Assembly (NCBI GenBank): GCA_016215115.1 | Contig: JACRLN010000031.1 | Coordinates: forward strand, 1,284-65,283 | Direction: 5' to 3' | Origin: Nitrospirota bacterium | GTDB taxonomy: Bacteria; Nitrospirota; Thermodesulfovibrionia; UBA6902 | DNA length: 64,000 nucleotides | In this document: positions 1 through 9,443 of the stretch, in pieces | Numbering within the stretch: position 1 is the stretch's first letter | Layout: each line of letters opens with the position of its first letter | Notes under the pieces: generated by a model | Seen by the model: the letters and a program-made list of their open reading frames with translations, nothing else | What the model was told of the DNA's origin: nothing | The model's database searches: none | Made by a program: the position numbers and the translations under genes

Positions 1-1714
1 AGGCCAGATCCTCACTGTAACGCTTTGGCAGTGCAAGTTCTCTTCCTAGGAAAGGATGTTCCTCAGCCCGGCCCAGATTAAGCGGCCCCACTTTATCACT
101 CATACCCCATTGAGACACCATCTTTTCAGCAAGGGAAGAAGCTTCCTTCAGATCATTCTGCGCCCCGGTGCTTGTGTCATTAAAGACGATTTTCTCAGCA
201 ACCCTTCCGGCAAGGGCCACGCTCAGTTTATTCATCAGGTATGCTTTGGGATAATAATGCCTGTCTTCTTCAGGCAGAAGCTGTGTTACGCCCATTGCCA
301 AACCTCTTGGGATAATGCTGACTTTATGTATCGGATCCGTACCCGGAAGTTCATGGGCGACAAGGGCATGTCCTGACTCATGGTATGCCGTTATACGCTT
401 TTCCATTTCACTGATGGTTTCTTCCCTTACGGTCCCCATAAGTATTTTATCCCGCGCTTCTTCAAAATCATTCATATCGATTTTGTCTTTATTTTTTCTT
501 ATGGCAATAAGGGCTGCTTCGTTTGCAAGATTTTCAAGATCAGCGCCTGACATGCCGGGAGTACCCCTTGCTAATTTTTCAAGATCTATATCATCGCTCA
601 GCACCTTGTTTCTTACATGAACTTCAAGGATGGCTTTTCTGTCTTTTAATCCCGGCCTGTCTATGACAACATGCCTGTCAAAACGCCCCGGTCTCAGAAG
701 GGCAGGGTCGAGTACATCCGGCCTGTTGGTTGCAGCGATAACAATTACTTCTTCATGCGGTTCAAAACCATCCAGCTCGCTTAGAAGTTGATTCAAGGTC
801 TGCTCCCTTTCATCATGTCCGCCGCCGAAACCTGCGCCGCGTGTGCGTCCAACCGCATCTATTTCGTCTATAAAAATAATGCTTGGGGGATTAGCTTTTG
901 CCTTTTGAAACATATCTCTTACACGTGATGCGCCAACGCCCACAAACATCTCTATAAATTCCGATGCGCTGATGCTGTAAAAAGGAACTCCGGCCTCGCC
1001 CGCGACCGCGCGGGCCAGAAGGGTTTTTCCTGTGCCCGGAGGACCTATGAGAAGAACGCCCTTTGGAACCTTTGCGCCGAGTTTTCTGAATTTCAGAGGA
1101 TTTTTGAGAAACTCTATGGTTTCCTCAAGTTCCTTCTTTGAGTTCTCCATCCCTGCTACGTCTTTAAAAGTTACCTGCACTTTTTGAACGTTATGTAATT
1201 TTGCCTTGCTCTGTCCGAAGGAAAAAAGACCGCCGGGCCCCCCCTGTATGCTTTGCGCTCTCCGCATAATCAATATCCATATACCGATAATAAGGACCCA
1301 GGGCAGAATCCCAACTACCAGTTGCCAGAAGGGAGACATTTTTTCAGGTGGTTCAACATTTATTATTACCCCTTTTTCTTTGAGGCTTGAAAGAATATTC
1401 TCCCCCTGGAAAGACGGCAGGAAAGTCTGGAAATATTTTACCTGTTTTGCTTCCTTTTCCCCTGAAAGCCGGAGCGCTGTCTCATTCTTGAATTCCCCTG
1501 TCATCTGTAAGTTTTTGATAGTGACAGAAGTGATATTGCCGGCGTTAAGCTGTTCATTAAACTGGCTGTAACTGATGATGTATTCTTTAGGACCGTTTAC
1601 ACTGGTAAACTGGCTCCAGAAAAATAAAATAACGGCAGTGAGCAATAATGTGAAAGTAATTCTCCACTGCGGGCTTTTCATTTTCTCAGTTACTGATTGC
1701 TTGAGATCTTTCAT
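1..1714 (-). CDS. ftsH: ATP-dependent zinc metalloprotease FtsH; 3' end runs off the window edge, start codon at 1712-1714
   Basis: Minus-strand translation from ATG (rc of 1712-1714) gives MKDLKQSV..., an N-terminal TM segment and a Walker A motif ([22 protein letters not shown]). A Walker B box ([11 protein letters not shown]), the SRH motif ([20 protein letters not shown]) and the zinc site (HESGHALV) follow. The frame is open to position 1. The ORF track misses it because the gene runs off the edge. Plus-strand ORFs 56..376, 315..620 and 1206..1571 are antisense artefacts. Confidence 0.92.
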   Translation of the reverse strand, partial: MKDLKQSVTEKMKSPQWRITFTLLLTAVILFFWSQFTSVNGPKEYIISYSQFNEQLNAGNITSVTIKNLQMTGEFKNETALRLSGEKEAKQVKYFQTFLPSFQGENILSSLKEKGVIINVEPPEKMSPFWQLVVGILPWVLIIGIWILIMRRAQSIQGGPGGLFSFGQSKAKLHNVQKVQVTFKDVAGMENSKKELEETIEFLKNPLKFRKLGAKVPKGVLLIGPPGTGKTLLARAVAGEAGVPFYSISASEFIEMFVGVGASRVRDMFQKAKANPPSIIFIDEIDAVGRTRGAGFGGGHDEREQTLNQLLSELDGFEPHEEVIVIAATNRPDVLDPALLRPGRFDRHVVIDRPGLKDRKAILEVHVRNKVLSDDIDLEKLARGTPGMSGADLENLANEAALIAIRKNKDKIDMNDFEEARDKILMGTVREETISEMEKRITAYHESGHALVAHELPGTDPIHKVSIIPRGLAMGVTQLLPEEDRHYYPKAYLMNKLSVALAGRVAEKIVFNDTSTGAQNDLKEASSLAEKMVSQWGMSDKVGPLNLGRAEEHPFLGRELALPKRYSEDLA

Positions 1715-1965
1715 GTTTGATTATTATATATGAAAGCTTAAGATAATTTTAGGTAGTTAATTCCATTATTCATATATTTAATTGCCGGGTCAATAGATTC
1801 AACAATATTTCTTATTTTTAATATTTAAGCTGATATGATAATATGTACTTGATTGTGGAAATCTGACAGACCTTTTGAATTAGAAGCAGAGCATGATCAA
1901 AATCTGTTTTGAAGACTTTTAAAAATAGGGTCTGTAAAAAATTCTAAATGCTTATGGAGGTGGAT

Positions 1966-2196
1966 ATGAAAGCACTTGTTGAACTAATGGCAAAGTCTCT
2001 GGTAGATAAGCCGGAGGAGGTTGCAGTGGCCGAGATAGACGGAGAAAGAACCGCTGTTTTTGAATTGCGTGTTGCTGCAGGTGATATCGGTAAAGTTATC
2101 GGAAAGCAGGGAAATACAGCTCGCGCGATAAGGACGATACTGAGCGCTGCCGGCGCTAAGCTCGGCAAGCGTTGTGTTCTTGAAATATTGGAATAA
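1966..2196 (+). CDS. KH-domain RNA-binding protein (UPF0109/YlqC-like)
   Basis: [19 protein letters not shown]...[18 protein letters not shown] carries the GxxG KH motif. A GGAGGTGG ribosome-binding site lies just upstream of ATG 1966. The track ORF 1948 is the same frame with an earlier start. Confidence 0.7.
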   Translation: MKALVELMAKSLVDKPEEVAVAEIDGERTAVFELRVAAGDIGKVIGKQGNTARAIRTILSAAGAKLGKRCVLEILE

Positions 2197-2371
2197 ACTG
2201 AATAATACAGTTTAGAAGCAGGCATGGCTCAAGATCATCTTGAAGATTTATTTGGGTTAAATCTACAGAAGCAATCTATTTCCGCAACAACTCCTTATCC
2301 TTAAGTGATAAAGGGTTGGCAAGGATCTGTGTTATGCGGGCCTACGATCTTCATATCTCCCGTTCAGGCAG

Positions 2372-2399
2372 TTGACATTTCTCATGGATGTGATAAAAT
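2372..2399 (+). promoter_or_regulatory. Candidate sigma70-type promoter (TTGACA-16nt-TAAAAT) upstream of the first rubrerythrin-like gene
   Basis: ttgacatttctcatggatgtgataaaat sits about 55 nt upstream of ATG 2452. Confidence 0.4.
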
Positions 2400-2451
2400 T
2401 TTTATCTGAGGGCTTAGATTGAAAATAATTTGAAGGGAGAATGAGACAGTA

Positions 2452-2949
2452 ATGATTACCGGTAAAGAAAATTTGTTGCAGGCGCTTATTGAAGCTTTTC
2501 TTATGGAAAAAGGTACAAAAGAGTTTTATGCTGATGCTTCCGGGAAATCGAGCAACAGTGATGCTAAGAAAATATTCAGGGAACTTGCGGATTGGGAAAA
2601 AAAGCACATGGAGTTTATTCAGTTTTTATATCAGTCAATAAACGGAGGACAGGAAGTAAAAAGTTTTGAGGAATTTATTAACAGAACAGAAGCTCCACTT
2701 ACGGAAGCAGGGATTCCTGTAAAAGACCTTGAGGCAAAAATTGAGAAATATACAATTAAGGATGAAACGGGGGCTCTGACATTAGCGATGGAAATAGAAG
2801 GCAAGGCATATAATTTTTATCATAAACTTTCTCAAGATGCGGAAGACACAAACGCAAAGGTTGTTTTCAAAGAAATGATGGACCAGGAGGTAAAACACGT
2901 TGAGTATCTTAAAAAATTAAGGCTGAAACTGGTGAAAGTTTATCAATAA
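2452..2949 (+). CDS. Rubrerythrin-like ferritin-like diiron protein (no rubredoxin domain)
   Basis: Paired E...ExxH motifs: EKGTKEFY / ELADWEKKHMEF and EIEGKAYNFYH / DQEVKHVEYL. Confidence 0.7.
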   Translation: MITGKENLLQALIEAFLMEKGTKEFYADASGKSSNSDAKKIFRELADWEKKHMEFIQFLYQSINGGQEVKSFEEFINRTEAPLTEAGIPVKDLEAKIEKYTIKDETGALTLAMEIEGKAYNFYHKLSQDAEDTNAKVVFKEMMDQEVKHVEYLKKLRLKLVKVYQ

Positions 2950-3004
2950 AACAGCCAATAGCTATTAGCTGACAGCTATTGGCTCAAAACAAAGGGGTCT
3001 AAAA

Positions 3005-3505
3005 ATGAATGCAATTGAAATAGCCAGGAAGATGGAGACAGACGCTATCAGGTTTTACACTGAAGCGGCAGGCAGGACGCGATATCCTGCCGGTAAAAAG
3101 ATGTTCGAGACTGTAGTCATAGATGAAAAACGTCACCTCGAAATAGTCAACAGGCTCCTGCAGGGACTTGAAATTCATACGGAAGATGTTCACCCCATGA
3201 ATAACATCAAAACAGTTTTTGAGACCATGAAAGACAAAATGATGGAAAAGGTTCAGGCTACTGCCGACGAACTGGAGGCATTCAAGATTGCCATGCAGAT
3301 GGAAAAAGAAGGGATCGAATTCTATAAAAAGCTCATGTCAGAAGCAAAAGCCGGTAAAGAAAAAATGCTTTTTGAAAAACTTATCAGGGAAGAAGAACAG
3401 CATTTCGCCATATTTGAAAATACATATAATTTCCTGCTGGATACAGGCAACTGGTTTATGTGGGATGAGCACAGCATAGTCGACGGCGGAACGCCGTGGG
3501 CTTGA
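3005..3505 (+). CDS. Rubrerythrin-like ferritin-like diiron protein
   Basis: IDEKRHLEIV, MQMEKEGIEFY and REEEQHFAIF are ExxH diiron ligand motifs. A ribosome-binding site aaagggg lies upstream. Confidence 0.7.
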   Translation: MNAIEIARKMETDAIRFYTEAAGRTRYPAGKKMFETVVIDEKRHLEIVNRLLQGLEIHTEDVHPMNNIKTVFETMKDKMMEKVQATADELEAFKIAMQMEKEGIEFYKKLMSEAKAGKEKMLFEKLIREEEQHFAIFENTYNFLLDTGNWFMWDEHSIVDGGTPWA

Positions 3506-3526
3506 TTTAATTTTTTGTAGGGGCAG

Positions 3527-3555
3527 GCCTCTGTGCCTGCCCTATTCAAGGGTAA
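3527..3555. repeat. GTAGGGGC-type REP-like palindrome (gtaggggcaggcctctgtgcctgccctat)
   Basis: An imperfect inverted repeat with GTAG 5' end immediately downstream of the stop at 3505. It may also act as a transcription stop. Confidence 0.5.
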
Positions 3556-3585
3556 CCACAAGGATTATCCCTACAAGGAGGTCAT

Positions 3586-3840
3586 ATGGGTTATACAAAC
3601 GTTGCATTAAAGGACAAGATCATGGAGATGTATCCCGAGATTGAAGCGCATGGGATTAATCTCAGTCTTGATTTTAACCGTCAATTGAAAACCTATGATA
3701 TTAAACTTGAAAAAAATTCTCATAAACTAATAACGCATCTTGAGAAAAAAGATGCCGACGAATGCATAGATGGCATAAAATGTATAAACCTTGGCGTTCA
3801 GATCAGTGAGTTTATTAGAAACTTTGCAACGTTAAAATAA
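3586..3840 (+). CDS. Hypothetical small protein (84 aa)
   Basis: A strong ribosome-binding site AAGGAGG sits 6 nt before the ATG. No recognisable family. Confidence 0.5.
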   Translation: MGYTNVALKDKIMEMYPEIEAHGINLSLDFNRQLKTYDIKLEKNSHKLITHLEKKDADECIDGIKCINLGVQISEFIRNFATLK

Positions 3841-3883
3841 TCTGTTTACGGAGGATATAATTAAAACAGTTATAATCCTGATT

Positions 3884-4132
3884 TTGATTTCAACATTGAC
3901 TCTAACCTGGATATCTCTTTATGCCGCAGAAAAAACAAAAGTTGATGCAAAAGCTGTATTTGAGAAGAGATGCAGTCAATGTCACAATTTAGAAAGAGCC
4001 GCAGCGCAGAAAAAAACATCAAAAGAATGGGAGAAAACAGTTATGCGGATGAAGAACGTTAACGGTTGTCCTATAACAGATGAAGAGGCAAAAACTATTA
4101 TTGATTATCTAACCACTAATTACGGGAAGTAG
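3884..4132 (+). CDS. Small monoheme c-type cytochrome with N-terminal signal/TM segment
   Basis: Single CSQCH heme-binding motif with a hydrophobic N-terminus. The listed start is a TTG, so the true start is uncertain; in-frame upstream codons follow ACGGAGGA. Confidence 0.6.
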   Translation: MISTLTLTWISLYAAEKTKVDAKAVFEKRCSQCHNLERAAAQKKTSKEWEKTVMRMKNVNGCPITDEEAKTIIDYLTTNYGK

Positions 4133-4354
4133 TTATTGACAATAATTTTATTCATGCAAGGCAAGCGTTTTATTATGGATGTTATTTTTATTATTAATAC
4201 AACAATAAATTTTTCTCAAGACTTGGCAATTTAATTATTAGCAAGTATAATGTAAACAGTATCACGATGTATAGAAATTGATCAGGATAAATACTATTAC
4301 TGATTAGCAGTTAACTTATAATGTCAACTTTGTAAAATTAGAAGGAGGGGTTTC

Positions 4355-4750
4355 ATGAAAAGAGCAATTATGAAAAGTGTATCCGGCGTATCTGCGCCTG
4401 CTAAAAAAACTTCATCGGTTAAAACAAAAAAGGCAACCGGGATTAAGAGCCTGAAGAAACAATATGTAAAATCAAACAATATATGCAAGGTAACTTTCAG
4501 ACTGCCAAAAGATGCGGCGCAGAATGCAGAGATGGTCACCATTGTCGGTGATTTCAATAACTGGAACCTGACTGAAAACAAGATGAAACAACTGAAGAAC
4601 GGCGATTTTACTTTAACTTTGGACCTTCCATGCAGCAGGGAATACAGATTCAGATATCTTATTGATGCCAACCGCTGGGAAAACGACTGGTTTGCCGATA
4701 AATATCTTCCCAATGATTTTGGCGCTGACGATTCAGTGGTTGTTGTATGA
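4355..4750 (+). CDS. CBM48/AMPK-beta-like glycogen-binding domain protein (isoamylase N-terminal-domain-like)
   Basis: VTFRLPKDAAQNAEMVTIVGDFNNWN...YRFRYLIDANRWENDW matches the CBM48 signature. Ribosome-binding site AGGAGGGG. Confidence 0.7.
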   Translation: MKRAIMKSVSGVSAPAKKTSSVKTKKATGIKSLKKQYVKSNNICKVTFRLPKDAAQNAEMVTIVGDFNNWNLTENKMKQLKNGDFTLTLDLPCSREYRFRYLIDANRWENDWFADKYLPNDFGADDSVVVV

Positions 4751-6718
4751 ATGAACAGACTCTTTAAAGAAAGATCTGCCTACCTTAAACATTCCGCTAA
4801 TCAAAAAATTGACTGGCATCCATGGTCTGAAGAAGCTTTTGAGAAGGCAAAACAGGAAGACAAGCCTTTATTTCTCAGTTCCGGTGCTGTATGGTGTCAC
4901 TGGTGTCACGTTATGGCAAAGGAATGTTTTTTTGACGACGAGATAGCAAGGCTTCTAAATGAAAATTTCATAAGCATAAAACTTGACAGGGATGAAAGAC
5001 CTGATATAGACAGAAGATATCAGATGGCGATTGCCGCTATGGGCTCAGGCGGAGGATGGCCTCTCAGTGTATTTTTAACCCATGATAAAAAACCGTTTTT
5101 TGGAGGGACATATTTTCCTCCTGATGACAAACTTGGAAGACCGGGATTTAAAAAAGTCTTGAAAGCAGTCATTAATCTTTATAAAACAAAACAGGATGAA
5201 ATCTCTCAATATACAGAAAAGTTAATGAATGAACTGAAAACCTCTCCGACGGCACAGGGGCAAATAGACAAATCAATGTTTGATAATGCTGTGAGAGATA
5301 TCATTTCAGAATTTGATCCTCAACACGGCGGATTTGGAACAGCCCCCAAATTTCCGATGCCGGGCGCCCTTGAGTTTCTTATTAACAGGTGCTTTCTAAT
5401 GCAGGATAATACTGTTGAACTTGCAATAAGAAAAACCCTCAAAGCAATGGCACAGGGCGGATTTTATGACCAGATCGGGGGAGGATTCCACAGGTATTCA
5501 ACTGATGAGTCGTGGATCATACCGCATTTCGAAAAGATGGCAGATGATAATGCATGGTTGCTTAGAAATTATGTCAACGCATATTATGTTTTTGGTGATG
5601 AACTTTTTATGGATGTTGCTAAAGGAATTATTTCTTTTATCAGAAATACACTGTCCGACCCCGAAGGTGGATTTTATGCCAGCCAGGATGCAGATGTCAC
5701 TCCCGATGATGAAGGCGGATATTTTACCTGGACAGAGGATGATTTCAAAAATACACTCGATGAGGATGAATACAGGATACTCTCTCTTCATCTGATGCAT
5801 AAGGCAGGGGCGATGCACCATGATGAGTCGAAAAGAGTTCTTTTTGCTGTTATGACTGCTGAAGAGATTGCCAAAACATCAGGCAGAGATTTAAAAGAAA
5901 TTACTGAAGTGATCAAACGCGGAAAATTAAAATTGCTCAAATCAAGAAATGAAAGGCTGGAGCCATTTATTGATAAGACCTTATATACATCGATAAACGG
6001 AATGCTCATTTCATCCTGTCTATTGAGTTGCAGGGTGTTCAGGGATAATGGACTGAAAGAATTCGCAGTAAACAGTCTTGAGAGGATCATGAAAATGAGA
6101 TTTACAGGAAATCAGCTTTATCATACTGAAGGAATAAAGGGTCTATTAGAAGACTATGCATATCTTGTAGAGGCCCTGATTTCGGCGTATGAATTGACAG
6201 GGAACATTCTTCATATGCAGCGGGCGGATGAACTTATGGGATTGTGCATAAATAATTTGTGGGATACAGATGAGGGCGGTTTTGCTGATACAGATGATCA
6301 ACTCCTCGGAATGAAGATAAAAAGTATTGAAGATATTCCTCATCCCTCGGCAAATTCTCTTTGTATAATTCTTATGCTTAAACTTTCTTTCATGACAAAA
6401 AAAGAGGAATATATCAAATATGCAGAAAAGTCACTACAGGTATTTTCTTCGAGAGCGAAAAATATTGGAATTCACGCAGGATATTATTTTTGTGCACTTG
6501 ACGCATATTTTAATTCTCTAAAATTAACACTGTATACTTCACCGTCAGCTAAACTGGCTGAAACTGCTGTTTCATTTATCAGTCCTTATACAACTTTCGT
6601 TTATGGTGAAGATAGGGGTTATGTAGTCCCGTGTTTTAGCGATACATGTTTTGATCCGGTTACTGATTCCGGGATTCTCAAGGGTTTTTTGATGAAGAAG
6701 GAATATATTAAATCATAA
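4751..6718 (+). CDS. Thioredoxin-domain protein of the DUF255/YyaL family (N-acyl-glucosamine-2-epimerase-like C-terminal domain)
   Basis: N-terminal WHPWSEEAFEKAK...KPLFLSSGAVWCHWCHVMAKECF and the DUF255 core IKLDRDERPDIDRRY...GGWPLSVFLTHDKKPFFGGTYFPP. Confidence 0.85.
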   Translation: MNRLFKERSAYLKHSANQKIDWHPWSEEAFEKAKQEDKPLFLSSGAVWCHWCHVMAKECFFDDEIARLLNENFISIKLDRDERPDIDRRYQMAIAAMGSGGGWPLSVFLTHDKKPFFGGTYFPPDDKLGRPGFKKVLKAVINLYKTKQDEISQYTEKLMNELKTSPTAQGQIDKSMFDNAVRDIISEFDPQHGGFGTAPKFPMPGALEFLINRCFLMQDNTVELAIRKTLKAMAQGGFYDQIGGGFHRYSTDESWIIPHFEKMADDNAWLLRNYVNAYYVFGDELFMDVAKGIISFIRNTLSDPEGGFYASQDADVTPDDEGGYFTWTEDDFKNTLDEDEYRILSLHLMHKAGAMHHDESKRVLFAVMTAEEIAKTSGRDLKEITEVIKRGKLKLLKSRNERLEPFIDKTLYTSINGMLISSCLLSCRVFRDNGLKEFAVNSLERIMKMRFTGNQLYHTEGIKGLLEDYAYLVEALISAYELTGNILHMQRADELMGLCINNLWDTDEGGFADTDDQLLGMKIKSIEDIPHPSANSLCIILMLKLSFMTKKEEYIKYAEKSLQVFSSRAKNIGIHAGYYFCALDAYFNSLKLTLYTSPSAKLAETAVSFISPYTTFVYGEDRGYVVPCFSDTCFDPVTDSGILKGFLMKKEYIKS

Positions 6719-6733
6719 AATCAGGAGGAAGAT

Positions 6734-7198
6734 ATGGAAAAGTTCTCTATTCGTGAAGTAATTGAACAGGCTGTACAGACAGAAAGGCTTGGATATGATT
6801 TTTATACCGCTACTTCAAAAAGATTCAGGGAAAATGAGAAACTCGTTAAACTTTTTGACATCCTCGCCGGGCAGGAGCTTAGACACGAGAGAGTATTTTC
6901 CCAACTTAAAGAAGAGATTAAAGATGAAAATCCTGAGGACTGGGAAGAGGCCTCCCAATATCTAAGGGCGATTGTCGAATCGGAGTTTTTTCTCGGCAGA
7001 AACAAATCCCTTGCATCAATTGAGAATTTGAAATCAGTAGAAAATGCAGTTCAGCACGCCCTCGGTTTTGAGAAGGAAACCCTGCTTTATTACTACAGTC
7101 TGAAGGATGTTGTAAAAGAAAAAGAGATAGTAAATGAAATAATAGAGGAAGAAAAGAGCCACATAAGGTGGCTAAGTGAATTTAAAAAGAAATTGTAA
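6734..7198 (+). CDS. Rubrerythrin-like ferritin-like diiron protein (third copy)
   Basis: GQELRHERVF, GFEKETLLYY and EEEKSHIRWL motifs. Ribosome-binding site caggagga. Confidence 0.7.
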   Translation: MEKFSIREVIEQAVQTERLGYDFYTATSKRFRENEKLVKLFDILAGQELRHERVFSQLKEEIKDENPEDWEEASQYLRAIVESEFFLGRNKSLASIENLKSVENAVQHALGFEKETLLYYYSLKDVVKEKEIVNEIIEEEKSHIRWLSEFKKKL

Positions 7199-7221
7199 TA
7201 TTTTGATTTTGGCAGTCAGTT

Positions 7222-7392
7222 ATTAATAATCTCAAAATAGTATTTACAAACTGTTTGCCGTTGTCTGTCATGCCCGAGGACTTTTATCGGGCATCCAGAA
7301 AATAAGAACTACTGGATTCCCGCTAAAGACATGCGGGAATGACGCTTATAGAAATGTTCAGACTATTATGAGAACCTTAATAGTTGATTATT
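7222..7392. mobile_element. MITE-like composite palindromic element, copy of the window-wide family
   Basis: Modules gtcatgcccga-N-tcgggcatccag and ctggattcccgc-N-gcgggaatgac with imperfect terminal inverted repeats (tctcaaaatagtatttaca / tacagactattatgaga). It is near-identical to the copy at 32828..33013. Confidence 0.75.
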
Positions 7393-7433
7393 AAAACTGA
7401 TTGCTGACAGCTAATTGCTGATCGCTATTTAAT

Positions 7434-9239
7434 ATGGACTACTCGATCAAAATAGGCGGCGAGGCGGGGCAGGGGATTCAGACCATTGGCGACACCCTCG
7501 CCCATATTTTTGCAAAATCGGGCTATCACGTTTTTACTCATCAGGATTATGAATCCCGTATAAGAGGGGGGCACAACTTTTATCAGGTCAGATTCTCTGA
7601 CAAACCTGTTACGGCATCAAGAGACGGGATTGATATAGTGGTAGCACTTGACAGGGAGAGTATATCGCAGCATGAAAAAGAACTTACAGAAAACGGTATC
7701 ATCATCTCCGACTCATCGACATTGAAACAAAAACACGATAAAGAATATTTCCTGGACATACCATTTGTACAGCTTGCAACAGAACACGGGGGCAATAAGA
7801 TAATGGCGAACACTGTTGCCATCGGCGCTGTCCTTGGAATAATCGGGATGGATATGAATATTTTGTTTGAAATCATTAAAGACACATTCAGGAAAAAGGG
7901 AGAAGAGATTATTAAGGGAAATGTTAATGCTGCGATGTCAGGATATGATCATGCAGTGAAGAACTGTCAAAGATGTTCGTTCAATGTAAGGGCGAACGGC
8001 CGTTCGCCCCTCCTGCTGATTGCAGGCAATGAAGCGTTTGCGCTTGGCGCTATTGCATCCGGTGTTAAGTTTTATTCTGCATATCCAATGACTCCTTCAA
8101 CCGGGATCATGAATTATATTGCCGATAAAGAAGCGGATTACGGAATTATAGTGGAGCAGGCTGAAGATGAAATAGCGGCAATTAATATGGTGCTTGGAGC
8201 ATCATTTGCGGGTGTGAGGGCCATGACAGGGACATCAGGCGGCGGATTCGCGCTCATGGTTGAAGGACTTTCTCTTGCAGGGATGACAGAGACACCGGTA
8301 GTTATTGCCCTTGGACAGAGACCGGGGCCCGCCACAGGCCTTCCAACAAGGACGGAACAGGGTGACTTACAATTTGCTCTCTATACAGCGCATGGTGAAT
8401 TTCCAAGAGTTATATTTGCACCCGGAACGCCTGAGCAGGCGTTCTTTCTAACAAATAAAGCGTTTGATTTAGCCGGGAAATATCAAATACCGGTCATAAT
8501 TATGACGGATCAGTATCTTGCCGATTCGCAATGGACGTTTGATGAATTTGATCTAAGCAAAATTAAATATAACGAATATAGATTAAAAGGAGATGAGTTT
8601 AAAAAGCTTTCAGAATATAAACGCCATGCATATACAGAAAACGGAGTAACTCCGCTTGGAGTTCCAGGAGACGCAAGACATTTAGTTGTAACGGACAGTG
8701 ATGAACATGACGAAGAGGGGCATATCGTTGAGGATGCAGAAACAAGGATTAAAATGCTGGATAAGAGACTGTTTAAAAAACTTCCTTTCATCAGACAGGA
8801 GATAGAACCGCCAAGTTTTTATGGCGGTGAAAACCCCGAAGTTGTACTCGTAGGGTGGGGTTCTACCTACGGGGTGATTAAGGAAGTTGTGGACATTTTT
8901 TTAGAAAATCCCCCTACATCCCCCTTTTTCAAAGGGGGACTTATTTACCCCTCTTTGGAAAAGAGGGGCGAGGGGAGATTTTCCAATGTGAAAATAGCTA
9001 TGCTGCACTTCAGCGAGATTTATCCTTTTCCTTCAACAAAGAAGTTTAATTATCTTAATATTATAAACAATGCAAAGACATCTATCTGTATTGAAAATAA
9101 TGCAACTGGCCAGTTTGCGCGACTTATGAAGGCAGAAACGGGATTTGAATTCAAGTATAAGATAACCAAGTATGACGGAAGGCCGTTTACAACTGATGAT
9201 ATATTGAAGGAAGTCATGTTTGTGATTAAATCAGTTTAA
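7434..9239 (+). CDS. korA: 2-oxoacid:ferredoxin oxidoreductase, fused gamma-alpha subunit (KorA-like)
   Basis: N-terminal gamma domain (IGGEAGQGIQTIGDTLA) followed by the alpha domain (GNEAFALGAIASGVKFYSAYPMTPST...GQRPGPATGLPT). The frame is intact despite two palindromic insertions at 7986..8013 and about 8905..8985. Confidence 0.85.
   Translation: MDYSIKIGGEAGQGIQTIGDTLAHIFAKSGYHVFTHQDYESRIRGGHNFYQVRFSDKPVTASRDGIDIVVALDRESISQHEKELTENGIIISDSSTLKQKHDKEYFLDIPFVQLATEHGGNKIMANTVAIGAVLGIIGMDMNILFEIIKDTFRKKGEEIIKGNVNAAMSGYDHAVKNCQRCSFNVRANGRSPLLLIAGNEAFALGAIASGVKFYSAYPMTPSTGIMNYIADKEADYGIIVEQAEDEIAAINMVLGASFAGVRAMTGTSGGGFALMVEGLSLAGMTETPVVIALGQRPGPATGLPTRTEQGDLQFALYTAHGEFPRVIFAPGTPEQAFFLTNKAFDLAGKYQIPVIIMTDQYLADSQWTFDEFDLSKIKYNEYRLKGDEFKKLSEYKRHAYTENGVTPLGVPGDARHLVVTDSDEHDEEGHIVEDAETRIKMLDKRLFKKLPFIRQEIEPPSFYGGENPEVVLVGWGSTYGVIKEVVDIFLENPPTSPFFKGGLIYPSLEKRGEGRFSNVKIAMLHFSEIYPFPSTKKFNYLNIINNAKTSICIENNATGQFARLMKAETGFEFKYKITKYDGRPFTTDDILKEVMFVIKSV
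7986..8013. repeat. GTAGGGGC-type REP-like palindrome inside korA, in frame (gtaagggcgaacggccgttcgcccctcc)
   Basis: 22-nt near-perfect palindrome related to 46835..46862. It encodes VRANGRSPLL. Confidence 0.6.
8905..8985. repeat. Double hairpin element (cccccttt-ttc-aaaggggg; cccctctt-tggaa-aagagggg) inserted in frame in korA
   Basis: Encodes ENPPTSPFFKGGLIYPSLEKRGEGRFSN, which is not expected in oxidoreductase alpha subunits. Two related CCCCYTTT/AAARGGGG stem-loops. Confidence 0.55.
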
Positions 9240-9254
9240 TTGGAGTCTGTCCAT

Positions 9255-9405
9255 AAATTCAAACACAGAAGCGTCATTCCCGCAGTCTGTTGAGCGGGAA
9301 TCCAGTCTTTTTAATAAGTTCTGGATGCTCGATTAAAGACCCCCGATTACGACATTCGAGGGCAGGCTTCGGGCATGACAAAAATAAAAAATAGCAATTT
9401 ATGGA
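9255..9405. mobile_element. MITE-like element (gtcattcccgcagtctgttgagcgggaatccag ... ctggatgctcga...tcgggcatgac) with nested 28-bp insert
   Basis: Terminal inverted repeats gtctgtccataaattcaaac / gtttgtccataaattgcta. The nested sequence ccccgattacgacattcgagggcaggc is shared with the 32.9-kb and 34.6-kb copies. Confidence 0.75.
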
Positions 9406-9443
9406 CAAACACCAATTTAACCCGTATTTATTGGAGAAAATAT

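Noticed and set aside
56-1571. Plus-strand ORFs 56..376, 315..620 and 1206..1571 from the six-frame track
   Set aside because: They lie antisense within the clearly conserved FtsH reading frame on the minus strand and have no recognisable motifs. They are artefacts of the low-complexity antisense strand.
2332-2607. Minus-strand ORF 2332..2607 (91 aa)
   Set aside because: It overlaps the promoter and the start of the first rubrerythrin-like gene. No ribosome-binding site, and the composition is atypical.
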